A DNA stretch of 64,000 bases from positions 320,001 to 384,000 of the forward strand of contig JASGJN010000020.1 in NCBI GenBank assembly GCA_049840735.1, read 5' to 3'. How positions within the stretch are numbered: the stretch's first letter is position 1; each line of letters starts with the position of its first letter. Origin of the DNA: Anaeromyxobacter sp. Lineage in GTDB: Bacteria > Myxococcota > Myxococcia > Myxococcales > Anaeromyxobacteraceae. Positions 1 to 10,865 of this stretch are shown here, piece by piece. The notes beneath the pieces are model-generated. The model was given only the letters and a program-made list of their open reading frames with translations. It was not told the DNA's origin and made no database searches. The translations under genes and the position numbers were made by a program.

Positions 1-597
1 CTGGCCACCGCGGCCGAGCGCAACCCGGACCTGGGGCAGGCCCGCGCCAGCGCCGAGGCGGCCGAGGCCCGCGCCCGCGCGGCGGGGCGCGCCTGGCTCC
101 CGGTGCTGTCCGCGCAGGGCAGCGCCGCGCAGACCTGGTACCTCACGCCCGAGGACGACCCGCAGACCACCTGGGCCTTCGGCCTCTCGCTGCGCCTGCC
201 GCTGTTCGAGGGGCTGCGCCCCGCCTACGAGGTCCAGGCCGCCCGGGCCAGCGCGCGCGCCTCCCGCGAGCGCGCCGAGGCCGCCCGGCAGGACGTGGCG
301 CTCTCGGTCTGGACCAGCTACCAGGCGTTCCGCTCCGCGGGGCGCCGGGTCGAGACCGCCCGCGCGCTGCTCGAGTCCGCCACCGCCTCCACCGACCTGG
401 CGCAGGGCCGCTACCGCGAGGGCGTCGGCTCCATCCTCGACCTGCTCAACGCGCAGTCGGCGCTGGCCCTGGCCCGCGCCGAGGACGTCCGCGCCCGCGC
501 CGACTACCTGGTCTCCCTGGCGCAGCTCGCGCGCGCCACCGGCCGCCTCCACCTGCCCGACGGTCCACCGCCGGCCGCCCCCGAGTCCGCGCCATGA
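1..597 (+). CDS. TolC-family outer membrane efflux protein (5' part outside window)
   Basis: C-terminal OEP-like motifs (LRLPLFEG, RYREGVGSILDLLNAQ, LARATG); the stop overlaps the next ATG (ATGA at 594-597). Confidence 0.85.
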   Translation: MATAAERNPDLGQARASAEAAEARARAAGRAWLPVLSAQGSAAQTWYLTPEDDPQTTWAFGLSLRLPLFEGLRPAYEVQAARASARASRERAEAARQDVALSVWTSYQAFRSAGRRVETARALLESATASTDLAQGRYREGVGSILDLLNAQSALALARAEDVRARADYLVSLAQLARATGRLHLPDGPPPAAPESAP

Positions 598-1703
598 TCC
601 GCCGCGCCGCCCTCCCCTTCGCCGCCCTCCTGCTCGCCGCCTGCAGCCGCGGCGAGCCGCCCGCCGCCCGCGGCCCGCGCCCGGTGGCCGTCAAGACCGC
701 CCTGGCGTCTGCCCGCGACGTGGACCTCGAGGTCCGCGCCGTGGGGCGGATCGTCTCCAACCGCTCGGTGGCCATCCGGGCGCAGGTCTCCGGGACCCTG
801 CTCTCGGCGCACTTCACCGAGGGGCAGGCGGTGCACCAGGGCGACGTGCTGCTGCGCATCGACCCGCGCCCGTACCAGGCGGCGCTCGACGCGGCCCGGG
901 CCCGGCTGGCGCAGGACCGCGCCCGGGCCGAGAACGCGCGCGAGGACGCGCGCCGCTTCGCCGATCTGGTCGAGAAGGAGTACGTGACGCGGCAGCAGTA
1001 CGACGCCGCCCGCGCCACCGCCACGGCCTCCGACGCGGCCGTGGCGGCCGATCAGGCGGCGGTGGAGCAGGCCGCGCTGGAGCTCTCCTGGTGCACCATC
1101 CGCGCCCCGCTCACCGGCCGCAGCGGGCGCCTGCTGGTGCAGCCCGGCAACCTGGTCTCGGCCGCAGGCAGCACGCCGCTGCTCACCATCGAGCAGCTCC
1201 AGCCGGTCTTCGCGTCCTTCTCCGTCCCGGAGCGCCACCTGGCCACCCTGCGCGGCTGGCGCGGCGCGCCGCCCGCGGTGCGGGTGGAGGTGGGCGGCGG
1301 GCGCTCGGTCACCGGCACGCTCGACTTCGTGGACAACGCGGTGGACGCCGCCACCGGCACCATCCTGCTCAAGGCGCGGCTGGGCAACGAGGACGAGGCG
1401 CTCTGGCCCGGCCAGGTGGTGGACGTCCGCCTGCAGGTGGCCCGCCGCGCCGGCGCGGTGGTGGTCCCGGCCGCGGCGGTGGCCCAGGGGCAGCAGGGCG
1501 ACTACGCCTACGTGGTGGACGCCGAGAACCGGGCCCGGCTGCGGCCGGTGGTGGTGGAGCAGGCCGGCGACGCCGAGGTCATCCTGGCCAGGGGGATCGC
1601 CGCGGGGGAGCGGGTGGTGATCGAGGGGCAGCTCAAGCTCACGCCCGACGCGCTGGTCGAGGCGGTGGACGGGGCGGGCGGCCCCGGGGCGCCCCGGCCA
1701 TGA
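594..1703 (+). CDS. RND efflux periplasmic adaptor (MdtA-like), lipoprotein
   Basis: Lipobox LLAAC; motifs RAQVSG, IDPRPYQAAL, IRAPLTGRSG, FVDNAVDAATGTI. Confidence 0.9.
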   Translation: MIRRAALPFAALLLAACSRGEPPAARGPRPVAVKTALASARDVDLEVRAVGRIVSNRSVAIRAQVSGTLLSAHFTEGQAVHQGDVLLRIDPRPYQAALDAARARLAQDRARAENAREDARRFADLVEKEYVTRQQYDAARATATASDAAVAADQAAVEQAALELSWCTIRAPLTGRSGRLLVQPGNLVSAAGSTPLLTIEQLQPVFASFSVPERHLATLRGWRGAPPAVRVEVGGGRSVTGTLDFVDNAVDAATGTILLKARLGNEDEALWPGQVVDVRLQVARRAGAVVVPAAAVAQGQQGDYAYVVDAENRARLRPVVVEQAGDAEVILARGIAAGERVVIEGQLKLTPDALVEAVDGAGGPGAPRP

Positions 1704-4700
1704 ACCTGTCCGAGCCGTTCATCCGGCGGCCCGTCATGACGACGCTCGTCATGGCGAGCTTCGTCGCGTTCGGCTACGCCGCCTACCGCGAGCTGCCGGT
1801 CTCCGACCTGCCCACGGTGGACTTCCCCACCATCAGCGTCTCGGCCTCGCTCCCCGGCGCCAGCCCGGAGACCATGGCCGCGGCGGTGGCCACGCCGCTG
1901 GAGCGGCAGTTCTCGACCATCGCCGGCCTCACCACCATGAACTCGTCCTCCGGCCTGGGCGTCACCCAGGTCACCCTCGAGTTCGACCTCTCGCGCGACA
2001 TCGACGCGGCGGCGCAGGACGTGCAGTCGGCCATCGCGGCGGCGGGCGGGCAGCTCCCGCCCGGCATGCCCTCGCCGCCCACCTTCCGCAAGGCCAACCC
2101 GGCCGACGCCCCCATCCTGCTGCTGGCCCTCACCTCGCCCACCCTGCCGCTCCCGGACCTGAACCGGATCGGCAACGACCTGATCGGCCAGCGCATCTCC
2201 ACCATCCCCGGCGTCGCCCAGCTGGTCATCTTCGGGACGCAGAAGGAGGCGGTGCGGATCGAGCTCGACCCCCAGGCGCTGCAGTCGCGCGGCATCGGGC
2301 TGGACGAGGCCGCCGCCGCCATCCGCGCCGCCAACTCCAACCTGCCCACCGGCGTGGTCCAGGGGGCGGCCCGCGCGTTCACGGTGGAGACCACCGCCGG
2401 GCTCCGCACGCCCCAGCAGTTCGGCGAGGTGGTGCTGGCGTTCCGCGACGGCGCGCCGGTCCGGGTGAAGGACGTGGGGCGGGCCCGCCGCGGCGTCGAG
2501 AACGAGCGGGCCGCGGCCTGGCTGTGGGACGAGGGCCGGGAGCAGCGCGCCATCGTCCTGGCCGTGCAGCGGCAGCCGGGCAGCAACACCGTGGAGGTGG
2601 CCAGCCGGGTCAAGGCGCTCCTGCCCACCGTCGCGCAGCAGCTGCCCGCCGCGGCGCGGCTCTTGACCATCTACGATCGGTCCGTGCCCATCCAGGAGTC
2701 GGTGGCCGACGTGAAGTTCACGCTGGTGCTGACGCTGGTGCTGGTGGTGCTGGTCATCTTCCTCTTCCTGCGCAACCTGCCCGCCACCGTCATCCCCAGC
2801 CTGGCGCTGCCGGTCTCGCTGGTCGGCACCTTCGCCGCCATGTGGCAGCTGGGGTACTCACTCGACAACCTCTCGCTGATGGCGCTCACGCTGGCCGTGG
2901 GCTTCGTGGTGGACGACGCCATCGTGATGCTGGAGAACGTGGTCCGGCACGTGGAGCAGGGCGAGCGCCCCTTCGAGGCGGCGCTGCGCGGGTCGCGGGA
3001 GATCGCCTTCACCATCGTCTCCATGACCATCTCGCTGGCGGCGGTCTTCCTGCCGGTGCTCTTCATGGGCGGCATCGTGGGCCGCCTCTTCCACGAGTTC
3101 GCGGTCACCATCGGCTGCGCCATCCTGATCTCCGGGTTCGTCTCGCTGACGCTCACCCCCATGCTCTGCAGCCGCTACCTCCGGCCGGGCAAGGAGGCCC
3201 ACCACGGCCGGCTCTACGCCCTCACCGAGCGCGGCTTCCAGGCCAGCCTGCGCGCCTACGACCGCGGCCTGCGCTGGGCGCTCGACCACCCGCGCACGGT
3301 GCTCGCCGGCTCCCTGCTGGTGCTGGTGGTGAGCGTGCCGCTCTTCCAGGCGGTGCCCAAGGGCTTCCTGCCCAGCGAGGACACCTCGCTCCTGCGCGTC
3401 TACACCGAGGGGCAGGAGGGGGCGAGCTGGGACCTGATGGTGAGCGGGCAGCGCGGGGTGTCGGCCGTCGTCGCAGGCCACCCCGCCGTCGAGCGGTTCA
3501 TGACCAGCGTGGGCGGGCGCGGCACCGCCGGCCAGACGCAGGGCTCCATGTTCGTGAAGCTGCGCGACCGGGGCGGGCGCGAGCCGGTGGCCGCGGTCAT
3601 GGCCGGGCTGCGCCAGGCCGTGGGCCGCTTCCCGGGGCTGCGCACCACCGTGGTGAACCCCCCGGCCCATCAACATCGGCGGCCAGCAGAGCCGGGCCCA
3701 GTACCAGTTCACGCTGCAGGACGCCGACACCGCCGCGCTCTACCGCGGCGCCCAGGCGCTCGAGGCCGCGCTCCGCCAGCTGGACGCGCTGCAGGACGTC
3801 ACCAGCGACCTGCGCCTCTCCTCCCCCTCGCTGCAGGTGATCATCGACCGGGACCGGGCCGCGGCGCTGGGCGTCTCCCCCTCCGCCATCGAGGACGCGC
3901 TCTCCGCCGCCTACGGCGACCGCCAGGTCTCGACCATCTACGCGCCGGAGGACCAGTACCAGGTGATCCTGGGGCTCCTGCCCAAGTTCAAGCTCGACCC
4001 CGGGGCGCTGACGCTGCTCTCGGTGCGCGGCGCCGCCGGCGCGCTGGTCCCGCTCGACACCGTGGCCCGGGTGGAGCGGTCGGTCGGGCCGCTGACCGTG
4101 AACCACACCGGCCAGCTGCCGGCGGTCACGCTGGCCTTCAACCTGAAGCCGGGCACGCTCGCTGGGCGAGGCGGTGACCGCGGTCCAGGCGGCGGCCGAC
4201 CGCGTGCTGCCGCCGACCGTCGCCACGCGCTTCCAGGGCACGGCGCAGGCGTTCCAGGCCTCGCTGTCCGGGGCTGGGGCTGCTCCTGCTCATGGCGGTG
4301 CTGGTCATCTACGTGGTGCTGGGCATCCTCTACGAGAGCTTCATCCACCCGCTCACCATCCTCACCGCCCTCCCCTTCGCCGGCTTCGGCGCGCTGCTCA
4401 CGCTGCTGGTCTTCGACACCGAGCTGTCCATCTACGCCTTCGTCGGCGTGATCCTGCTGGTCGGGCTGGTGAAGAAGAACGGCATCATGATGGTCGACTT
4501 CGCCGTGGAGGCGCAGCGCGCCGCGGAGGTCCGCCCGCGAGGCCATCCACGAGGCCTGCCTGGTCCGCTTCCGGCCCATCATGATGACCACCATGGCGGC
4601 GCTGATGGGGACGCTCCCGATCGCGCTGGGGGTCGGGGCCGGGGCCGAGTCGCGCCGCCCGCTGGGGCTCGCGGTGGTGGGCGGCCTGGTCTTCTCGCAG

Positions 4701-4826
4701 CTGCTGACGCTGTTCGTGACGCCGGTGTTCTACGTCTGGATGGAGCGGCTGCGCACCCTGCGCCGCCGCTCGGCCCCCAGCGGCGGAGGCACGCCGGAGC
4801 GGTCCGCCGCCGCGCCGGAGCGCTGA
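1700..4826 (+). CDS. RND efflux permease (MdtB/MdtC-like); apparent frameshifts near 3665, 4160, 4270 and 4530
   Basis: Begins [16 protein letters not shown]; contains [27 protein letters not shown] and RFRPIMMTT spread over several frames; some breaks lie in short homopolymers. Confidence 0.85.
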
Positions 4827-4916
4827 GACCGGCGCCCGGGAGCCCGGGAGGCGCGGCGGCCGACCGCGCCGCTGGCCCTCTCCCCGTCCGGTCACACCGC
4901 TGCGACCCCGCCGTCG

Positions 4917-4962
4917 TTGACGCACCACGGCGTGACGACTATCTCCGTGGCGCGGACCACGG
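4917..4962 (+). promoter_or_regulatory. Possible promoter/operator upstream of exbB
   Basis: TTGACG at 4917-4922; imperfect inverted repeat CGCACCACGG-N14-CCGTGGCGCG (4921-4954) and a third CCACGG at 4957; weak -10 element. Confidence 0.3.
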
Positions 4963-4992
4963 CAACACGTACTTCCCTCCTGGAGGGCCCGC

Positions 4993-5643
4993 ATGCTGAC
5001 CGAAAAGCTGATCGGCCTCACCGCGTCGTTCGGCGCCGAGTGGGTCAACTGGGTGCTGGTGTGCGTGTCGGTGGTGGCGGTCTCCGCCTTCCTGGACCGC
5101 CTGGTGTTCTACCTCCGCACGCCCGAGCGGTTCCCGGCGCTGCGCGCCCGCTTCGAGCAGAGCCTGCGCGCCGGCGAGGTGGCCGGCGTGCTGGCCGCCG
5201 TGGAGGGGGACTCGCTGGTGCGCAACGTGCTGCGGGCCGGCGTGGAGCTGGCCGCGCGCGGCGAGCGCACGCCGTCGGCCATCGAGCAGGTGATGCTGGG
5301 CCGGCTCGCCGAGGAGCGGGCCCGCTACGAGGCGCGCCTGCCCTGGCTCACCACCATCGGCAACGTGACCCCGCTGATCGGCCTGATGGGCACCGTGATC
5401 GGCATCGTGGGCGCCTTCTACCTCCTGGGCCGGCTGGGCAGCGCGCAGGCGGCGGGCAACCCGCAGGTGATGGCCTCGGTCGGCGAGGCGCTGGTCACCA
5501 CCGGCTTCAGCATCGCCATCGCGGTCCCGGCGGTGGTGGCCTTCAACGGCCTGCGGGCCCACGTCTCCGGCCGGCTCAAGCAGGCCGAGGCGCTCATGCG
5601 CGAGCTGCTGGCCTGGCTGCCGCGGCTCGGCGGGCAGGGGTGA
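4993..5643 (+). CDS. exbB: MotA/TolQ/ExbB proton channel protein
   Basis: LTTIGNVTPLIGLMGTVIGI and EALVTT...AIAVPAVV motifs; GGAGG RBS. Confidence 0.9.
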   Translation: MLTEKLIGLTASFGAEWVNWVLVCVSVVAVSAFLDRLVFYLRTPERFPALRARFEQSLRAGEVAGVLAAVEGDSLVRNVLRAGVELAARGERTPSAIEQVMLGRLAEERARYEARLPWLTTIGNVTPLIGLMGTVIGIVGAFYLLGRLGSAQAAGNPQVMASVGEALVTTGFSIAIAVPAVVAFNGLRAHVSGRLKQAEALMRELLAWLPRLGGQG

Positions 5644-5648
5644 GAACC

Positions 5649-6071
5649 GTGGCCGGCTCCTACGACTCCGGTGACGGCGATGACCTGATCGGCGGCGTGA
5701 ACATCACGCCCATCGTCGACGTCTGCCTGACCCTGCTCATCATCGTCATCGTCTCCGCCCAGCTGGGCAACCGCAGCCTGCCAATCCAGGTGCCGCGGGC
5801 CGCCACCGGCGAGAGCGCCCCGCCCGCCATCCTCAACGTGGCGGTCGACCGCGAGGGGCAAATCTACCTCAACGGCGAGCGCGCCTCGCTGGAGGCCATC
5901 CCGCGCGCCGTGGAGGAGGGCCGCCGGCGTGCGCCGGACGGCAAGCTCTCCGGCTTCGTCTCCGCCGACGTGGCCGCGCCCTACGGCCGGTTCGCCCAGG
6001 CGGTGGACCTGCTCAGGCAGGCCGGGATCACCGAGATCGCGCTCGACACCCAGCCTGCCGCCGAACCGTGA
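5649..6071 (+). CDS. exbD: ExbD/TolR biopolymer transport protein
   Basis: VNITPIVDVCLTLLII transmembrane motif and SADVAAPYG; GTG start at 5649 (or 5640). Confidence 0.88.
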   Translation: MAGSYDSGDGDDLIGGVNITPIVDVCLTLLIIVIVSAQLGNRSLPIQVPRAATGESAPPAILNVAVDREGQIYLNGERASLEAIPRAVEEGRRRAPDGKLSGFVSADVAAPYGRFAQAVDLLRQAGITEIALDTQPAAEP

Positions 6072-6829
6072 CCCCGCCCCGCCAGCAGCGGTTCCTGCCC
6101 GCCGTCGCCGCCGCCGTGGTCCTCCACGCCGCGGCGCTGGGCTGGCTCACGCACCGGAGGCCGCCGCCCCCGCCGCCGGTCCGCTCCACGCCGGCGGTGG
6201 TGAAGCTGGTGACGCGGCCGCCGAAGCCGCCGCGGCCACCGGACCCCGGGCTGGCGAAGGTCACGCCCACCCCGAAGCCCACCACGCCCGCGCCCCGCCC
6301 GGCGCAGCGCCCGGTGGCCCGGGCCGAGCCGCCGCCGGAAGCCAAGCCGGCCGAGACGCCCCCCTCCACCACGCCGGCGGCGCCGCGCCGGTTCGCGGTT
6401 TCCATGGGCGCCACCGTGCCGGGTGGCGGCGTGGCCGTTCCCACCACCGAGGGGCCGACCGCGGCCCGCGGCGACGCCCGGCTGCCCTCCTCCGCCCCGG
6501 TGGGCAACAACCCCGGGACGCCCCCGGTCGAGGTGACGGAGGTGGAGCGCCCGCCCAGGCTGCTCTCGCAGCCCACGTCGGATTGCCTGCGCGCGCTCTA
6601 CCCGGAGCAGGCCCGCCGCGAGGGGCTGGAGGGGGACGTGCGGCTGGAGCTGCTCGTGAACGCGCAGGGCAGCGTCGAGCAGCTCCGCATCGTGCAGCGC
6701 GCCGGCCACGGCTTCGACGAGGTGGCCGAGACGCTGCGCACCACCTTCCGCTTCCAGCCCGCCGAGCGCCAGGGGCGCCCGGTGGCGGTCTGGATCCCCT
6801 GGACCCTCAAGTTCCGGCTCGACGGCTGA
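6068..6829 (+). CDS. tonB: TonB energy transducer
   Basis: N-terminal TM with His (VVLHAAAL), Pro-rich linker, C-terminal YPEQARREGLEGDV...FRFQPA. Confidence 0.88.
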   Translation: MTPPRQQRFLPAVAAAVVLHAAALGWLTHRRPPPPPPVRSTPAVVKLVTRPPKPPRPPDPGLAKVTPTPKPTTPAPRPAQRPVARAEPPPEAKPAETPPSTTPAAPRRFAVSMGATVPGGGVAVPTTEGPTAARGDARLPSSAPVGNNPGTPPVEVTEVERPPRLLSQPTSDCLRALYPEQARREGLEGDVRLELLVNAQGSVEQLRIVQRAGHGFDEVAETLRTTFRFQPAERQGRPVAVWIPWTLKFRLDG

Positions 6830-6844
6830 GCCCGAGGAACAGCC

Positions 6845-9392
6845 ATGTCCCTCACCATCGCCGCCCTCGCCGCAGCGCTCCTCGCCGCCGACCCGGCCCC
6901 GCCGGCCGAGCCGGTGCTGGCCGCCCCCCCGCAGCTGACCAGGCTCGTGCCGGCCGAGGTCCCGCCCGGCACCGCCTTCCCCTCGCCCGAGGTGACGGTG
7001 GTGCTGGCCATCGACGTCTCGGCCACCGGCGCGGTGGAGGACGTCCGGGTCTCCGAGGGGGCCGGCGAGCCGTTCGACTCCGCCGCGGTGAACGCGGCCC
7101 GGCAGTTCACCTTCACGCCTGGCAAGCTCGACACCGGCGAGGCGGTGCCGGTCACCATCTCCTTCCAGCTGCGCATCACCGCCCCGCCGCCTGCCGCGCC
7201 GCCCCCGCCGCCGCCGGTGCGGCTCTCCGGACGGCTGCTGGAGCGCGGCACGCGCCGGCCGCTCGCCGACGTGGCGGTGGCAGCCCGCGCCGGCAACCAG
7301 GTGGTGGCCCGCGCCACGACCGATGCGGACGGTCGCTTCGCGCTGGAGGTGCCGGTCATCGGCTTCACGCTGGTGGCGGTCCCGGCCGGCCACGAGCGGC
7401 TGGAGGCGCCGGTGGACGCGCGCCCGGGCGAGGAGCGCGAGGAGACCTTCTACCTGGAGTCCACCGGGGAGGGCTTCGAGACGGTGGTCCGCGCCCGCCC
7501 GGTGCAGCGCGAGGTGACGAAGCAGGTCTTGCCGGCCGAGGAGGTGGCCAAGGTGGCCGGCACCGCCGGCGACACGCTGGGCGCCGTGCTCAACCTGCCC
7601 GGCGTGGCCCGCTCCTCGTTCGGCGGCGTCTCGCTGGTGCTGCGGGGCTCGGCCCCGGGGGACAGCCGGGTCTTCCTGGAGGGCCAGGAGATCCCGATCC
7701 TCTACCACTTCGGCGGCCTGCGCAGCACCATCAACCCCCGCTTCCTGGACGCCGTCACCTTCGTGCCGGGCAACTTCTCGGTGGATCACGGCCGCGCCAT
7801 CGGCGGCATCGTCGAGGTGGAGCTGCGCGATCCGGCCGAGGACCTCTTCCGCGGCGACGTGGGCGTCAACGTCTACGACGGCGGCTTCTCGCTGGAGGGG
7901 CCGCTCGGCAAGGGCTGGGCCGGCGGCGTCGCCTTCCACCGCTCCTGGATCGACACGGTCCTCCCGCTGGTCATCCCCGACGACGCCAACACCAGCTTCG
8001 ACACCGCCCCGCGCTACTACGACTACCAGTTCATCGCCACCCGCAAGCTCTCCGGCGGCGGCCGCGCCCGCGTGCTCTGGTTCGGCTCGCTCGACAAGGT
8101 CGAGATCCTCTTCGACCGGCCCCAGGACGACCCCAAGAATCACCGGGGACGTGGCGGCGCGCATCATGTTCCACGCCCTGCAGGCGGAGCTGGAGACCCC
8201 CGTCACCCCCTGGCTGCGCCAGGAGAGCTCGCTGCAGCTCTCGCTGCAGAGCTTCCGGACCACCTTCGGCCCGGAGTTCTTCTTCGACCTGGACGCCCTC
8301 GGGGTGGCCGGGCGGACCGCCTGGATGGCCGACGTCCGCCAGGGGCTGCAGCTGCGCGCCGGCCTGGACGTGAACGTCACGCCGGTCGAGGTGAACGTGA
8401 ACGCGCCGCAGGTGCCGAAGGAGGGCGAGCCGCAGCCGCCCATCTCCACCCTGCCCATCGTCGGCGCCCGGCTCGATGTGACCGCCTTCGAGCCGGCCGC
8501 CTTCCTCGACGCCACCTGGGAGCCGCGCCCCGGCCTGCGCGTCATCCCCGGCGTCCGGCTCGACTACTACAGCGCCATCTCCCAGGCGACGGTGGACCCG
8601 CGGCTCGCCGTCCGCTGGGAGGCCACCCGCGCCACCGCCCTCAAGGCCGGCGTGGGGCTCTTCCAGCAGCCGCCCCAGGCGGACGAGTCGGCCGAGGGCA
8701 CCGGCACCCCCGACCTGCAGGCCGAGCGCGCGCTGCACGTCTCCGGCGGCTTCGAGCACCGCTTCGGCGAGGCCGTGGACGTCGACCTGACCGGCTTCTG
8801 GAAGTCGCTGGACCGGATGGTGGTCCGCAACCCGGCCAGCGCCTACGACCCGTCGGCCCCCAGCTACGTCAACTCCGGGACCGGGCGCATCTACGGACTG
8901 GAGGCGCTGGTGCGCGGCCGCTGGGGCGACCGCGCCAGCGGGTGGATCGCCTACACCTACCAGCGGTCGCTGCGGCGCGATCGACCCGGCGAGGCGGAGC
9001 GCCCCTTCGACTTCGACCAGCCGCACAACCTGACCGCGGTCGGCAGCTGGGCCTTCGCCCGCAACTGGTCGCTGGGGACGCGCTTCCGGCTGGTCTCCGG
9101 CAACCCCGACACGCCGGTGCAGGGGTCGGTCTTCGACGCCGCCTCCGGCGTGTACGTGCCGCTCTACGGCAAGACCAACTCGGAGCGGCTGCCCGCGTTC
9201 GGCCAGCTGGACGTGCGGGTGGACCGGAGCTGGCTCTACCGGACCTGGAAGCTGACCGCGTTCCTCGACGTGCAGAACGTGACCAACCGCGGCAACGTCG
9301 AGGGCTGGGACTACAGCTACGACTACGGCCGCCGCGAGGCCCTGACCGGCCTCCCGATCCTGCCCATCCTCGGGGTGGAGGGTTCCTGGTGA
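6845..9392 (+). CDS. TonB-dependent receptor with N-terminal TonB-C-like and carboxypeptidase-regulatory-like domains; one frameshift at 8137-8141
   Basis: Signal peptide; plug motifs NLPGVAR, LRGSAPGDS, LYHFGG; barrel half in ORF 8151-9392 (PFDFDQPHNL, LDVQNVTN). Removing one A in GAATC joins the frames. Confidence 0.85.
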
Positions 9393-10258
9393 AGACCGCA
9401 CACGCCGCCGTCCTGGCCCTCACGGCGCTCCTGACCTCCGGCTGCGCCGCCGACTTCGTCCCCGGCTCGGTCCTCTCGGATCTGCGCGTGCTGGCGCTGG
9501 CGCCCGAGGCGCCCACCGCCGCGCCCGGCGAGACCATCACCGTCACCCCCACCGTCTTCGCCCCGGCCGGCGACGCGCTCACCGGCGCGCGCTGGACCTT
9601 CTGCCCGCTCACCAGCGGGTCCACCAGCGGCTACGCCTGCGTCAGCCCGCTGTGCGACTTCGACCTGACGCCGCCGGCCGGGACCGACCCGGCCGCGCCG
9701 GTGAGCGCCGACCCCTCGGCGCTGGCCCTCCAGTGCCTCGAGCTCCTGGGCGGCACCCTGGACGGCAGCCCCTCGCTGCCGGAGCAGGTGGAGACCGTCT
9801 TCCGCTACGAGGTCACCAGCGCGCTCCACCCCTCCCCTCGCCTCGCGGTGGCGCGCGTGCCGCTCTACACCGGCACGCCGCCGGCGGACCGCAACACCGC
9901 GCCGGCCATCACCGGCGTCACGGTGGGCGGGGCCCCGGCCACCCCCGGCGCCGTGGTGGCCACCGCCGCGCCGGGGGACGCGGTGCCGATCGAGGTGGCC
10001 ATCGATCCAGCCTCGTACCAGACGTACCAGGACGCATCCGGCCGCACGATCACCGAGGCGGTGATCGTGGAGTTCTACACCAGCGCCGGCCGCTTCCCGG
10101 ACGGCGAGGACAAGGACGACGCCCAGGTCTCCTCCACGCAGCTGGAGCTGCGCGAGCTGGCCGCGGAAGACCTCGAGGCGCAGCTGTGGGTGGTGGCGCG
10201 CGACCTGCGGGGCGGCCAGGCGGTGGCCGGGCCGTTCCGGGTCACCATCCAGCGCTGA
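9389..10258 (+). CDS. Receptor-associated lipoprotein, hypothetical
   Basis: GTG overlaps the receptor stop; lipobox LTSGC; DLRVLAL and LWVVARDLRGG resemble lipoproteins that follow myxobacterial TonB receptors. Confidence 0.75.
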   Translation: MKTAHAAVLALTALLTSGCAADFVPGSVLSDLRVLALAPEAPTAAPGETITVTPTVFAPAGDALTGARWTFCPLTSGSTSGYACVSPLCDFDLTPPAGTDPAAPVSADPSALALQCLELLGGTLDGSPSLPEQVETVFRYEVTSALHPSPRLAVARVPLYTGTPPADRNTAPAITGVTVGGAPATPGAVVATAAPGDAVPIEVAIDPASYQTYQDASGRTITEAVIVEFYTSAGRFPDGEDKDDAQVSSTQLELRELAAEDLEAQLWVVARDLRGGQAVAGPFRVTIQR

Positions 10259-10357
10259 GCGTCACGCCTGCGCCCGCCCGGCGCCCGGCCCGGGGCGCGC
10301 CCAGGCGGGCCATGCCCCGCGCCGATGGTCAGCGTTCACGGCAGAGGAGGTGATGCC

Positions 10358-10555
10358 ATGAACAAGGACCAGATCAAGGGCAAGATGGACGAGCTCAAGG
10401 GTGACGTGAAGAAGCGCATCGGCGGCGCCACCGACGATCCGAAGCAGCAGGGCGAGGGCTTCCTCGAGGAGAAGGCCGGCCAGATCCGCAAGGGCATCGG
10501 CGACCTCGAGGAGGACGCCAAGGCCCGCAGGGACAAGGATCGCGACGAGCCGTAG
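10358..10555 (+). CDS. csbD: CsbD-family stress protein
   Basis: MNKDQIKGK..ELKG.VKK.IG.ATDD; strong AGGAGG RBS. Confidence 0.88.
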   Translation: MNKDQIKGKMDELKGDVKKRIGGATDDPKQQGEGFLEEKAGQIRKGIGDLEEDAKARRDKDRDEP

Positions 10556-10585
10556 CTGCGCAGCGCATCACCGGCGAATGAGTCC

Positions 10586-10626
10586 AGCGCCCCGGCCGCC
10601 CACGCGGTGGCCGGGGCGCTCTTCTT
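10586..10626 (+). terminator. Intrinsic terminator after csbD
   Basis: Stem AGCGCCCCGGCCGCC / GGTGGCCGGGGCGCT followed by CTTCTT. Confidence 0.6.
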
Positions 10627-10663
10627 GAAGGCCTCCGGCCTCGGGGTCGCGCCTCCACGCGAT

Positions 10664-10853
10664 CGGCCCCGGGCCCCCTGGCAGGCTCCGGTCAGCCTGA
10701 GCGTAGGGGCCGCCCCGCGGCGGCCCCGGGCCCCCTGGCAGGCTCCGGTCAGCCTGAGCGTAGGGGCCGCCCCGCGGCGGCCCCGGGCCTCCTGGCAGGC
10801 TCCGGTCAGCCTGAGCGGAGGGCCCGCGGCCAGCGGGCCCGCAGTCGAAGGCC
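10664..10853. repeat. Three tandem units of 57-bp period, the last running into a REP-like element
   Basis: Unit starts at 10664, 10721 and 10778 (CGGCCCCGGGCC(C/T)CCTGGCAGGCTCCGGTCAGCCTGAGCG...); the third continues into a hairpin and AGTCGAAGGCC. Confidence 0.9.
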
Positions 10854-10865
10854 GGGATCCAGCGC

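Noticed and set aside
1700..4826. Split RND gene (and other split genes) as true pseudogenes or programmed frameshifts
   Set aside because: Recognised motifs are intact in the pieces and no in-frame stops were noticed; breaks fall at GATC sites or often in short homopolymers, which fits sequencing error better.
6845..10258. Single 1137-aa receptor-lipoprotein fusion in the ORF track
   Set aside because: Artefact of the 8137 insertion; the true barrel is in another frame and the lipoprotein has its own GTG and lipobox at 9389.
10664..10853. Possible CRISPR array
   Set aside because: Units are near-identical over their full length, with no unique spacers and no cas genes.
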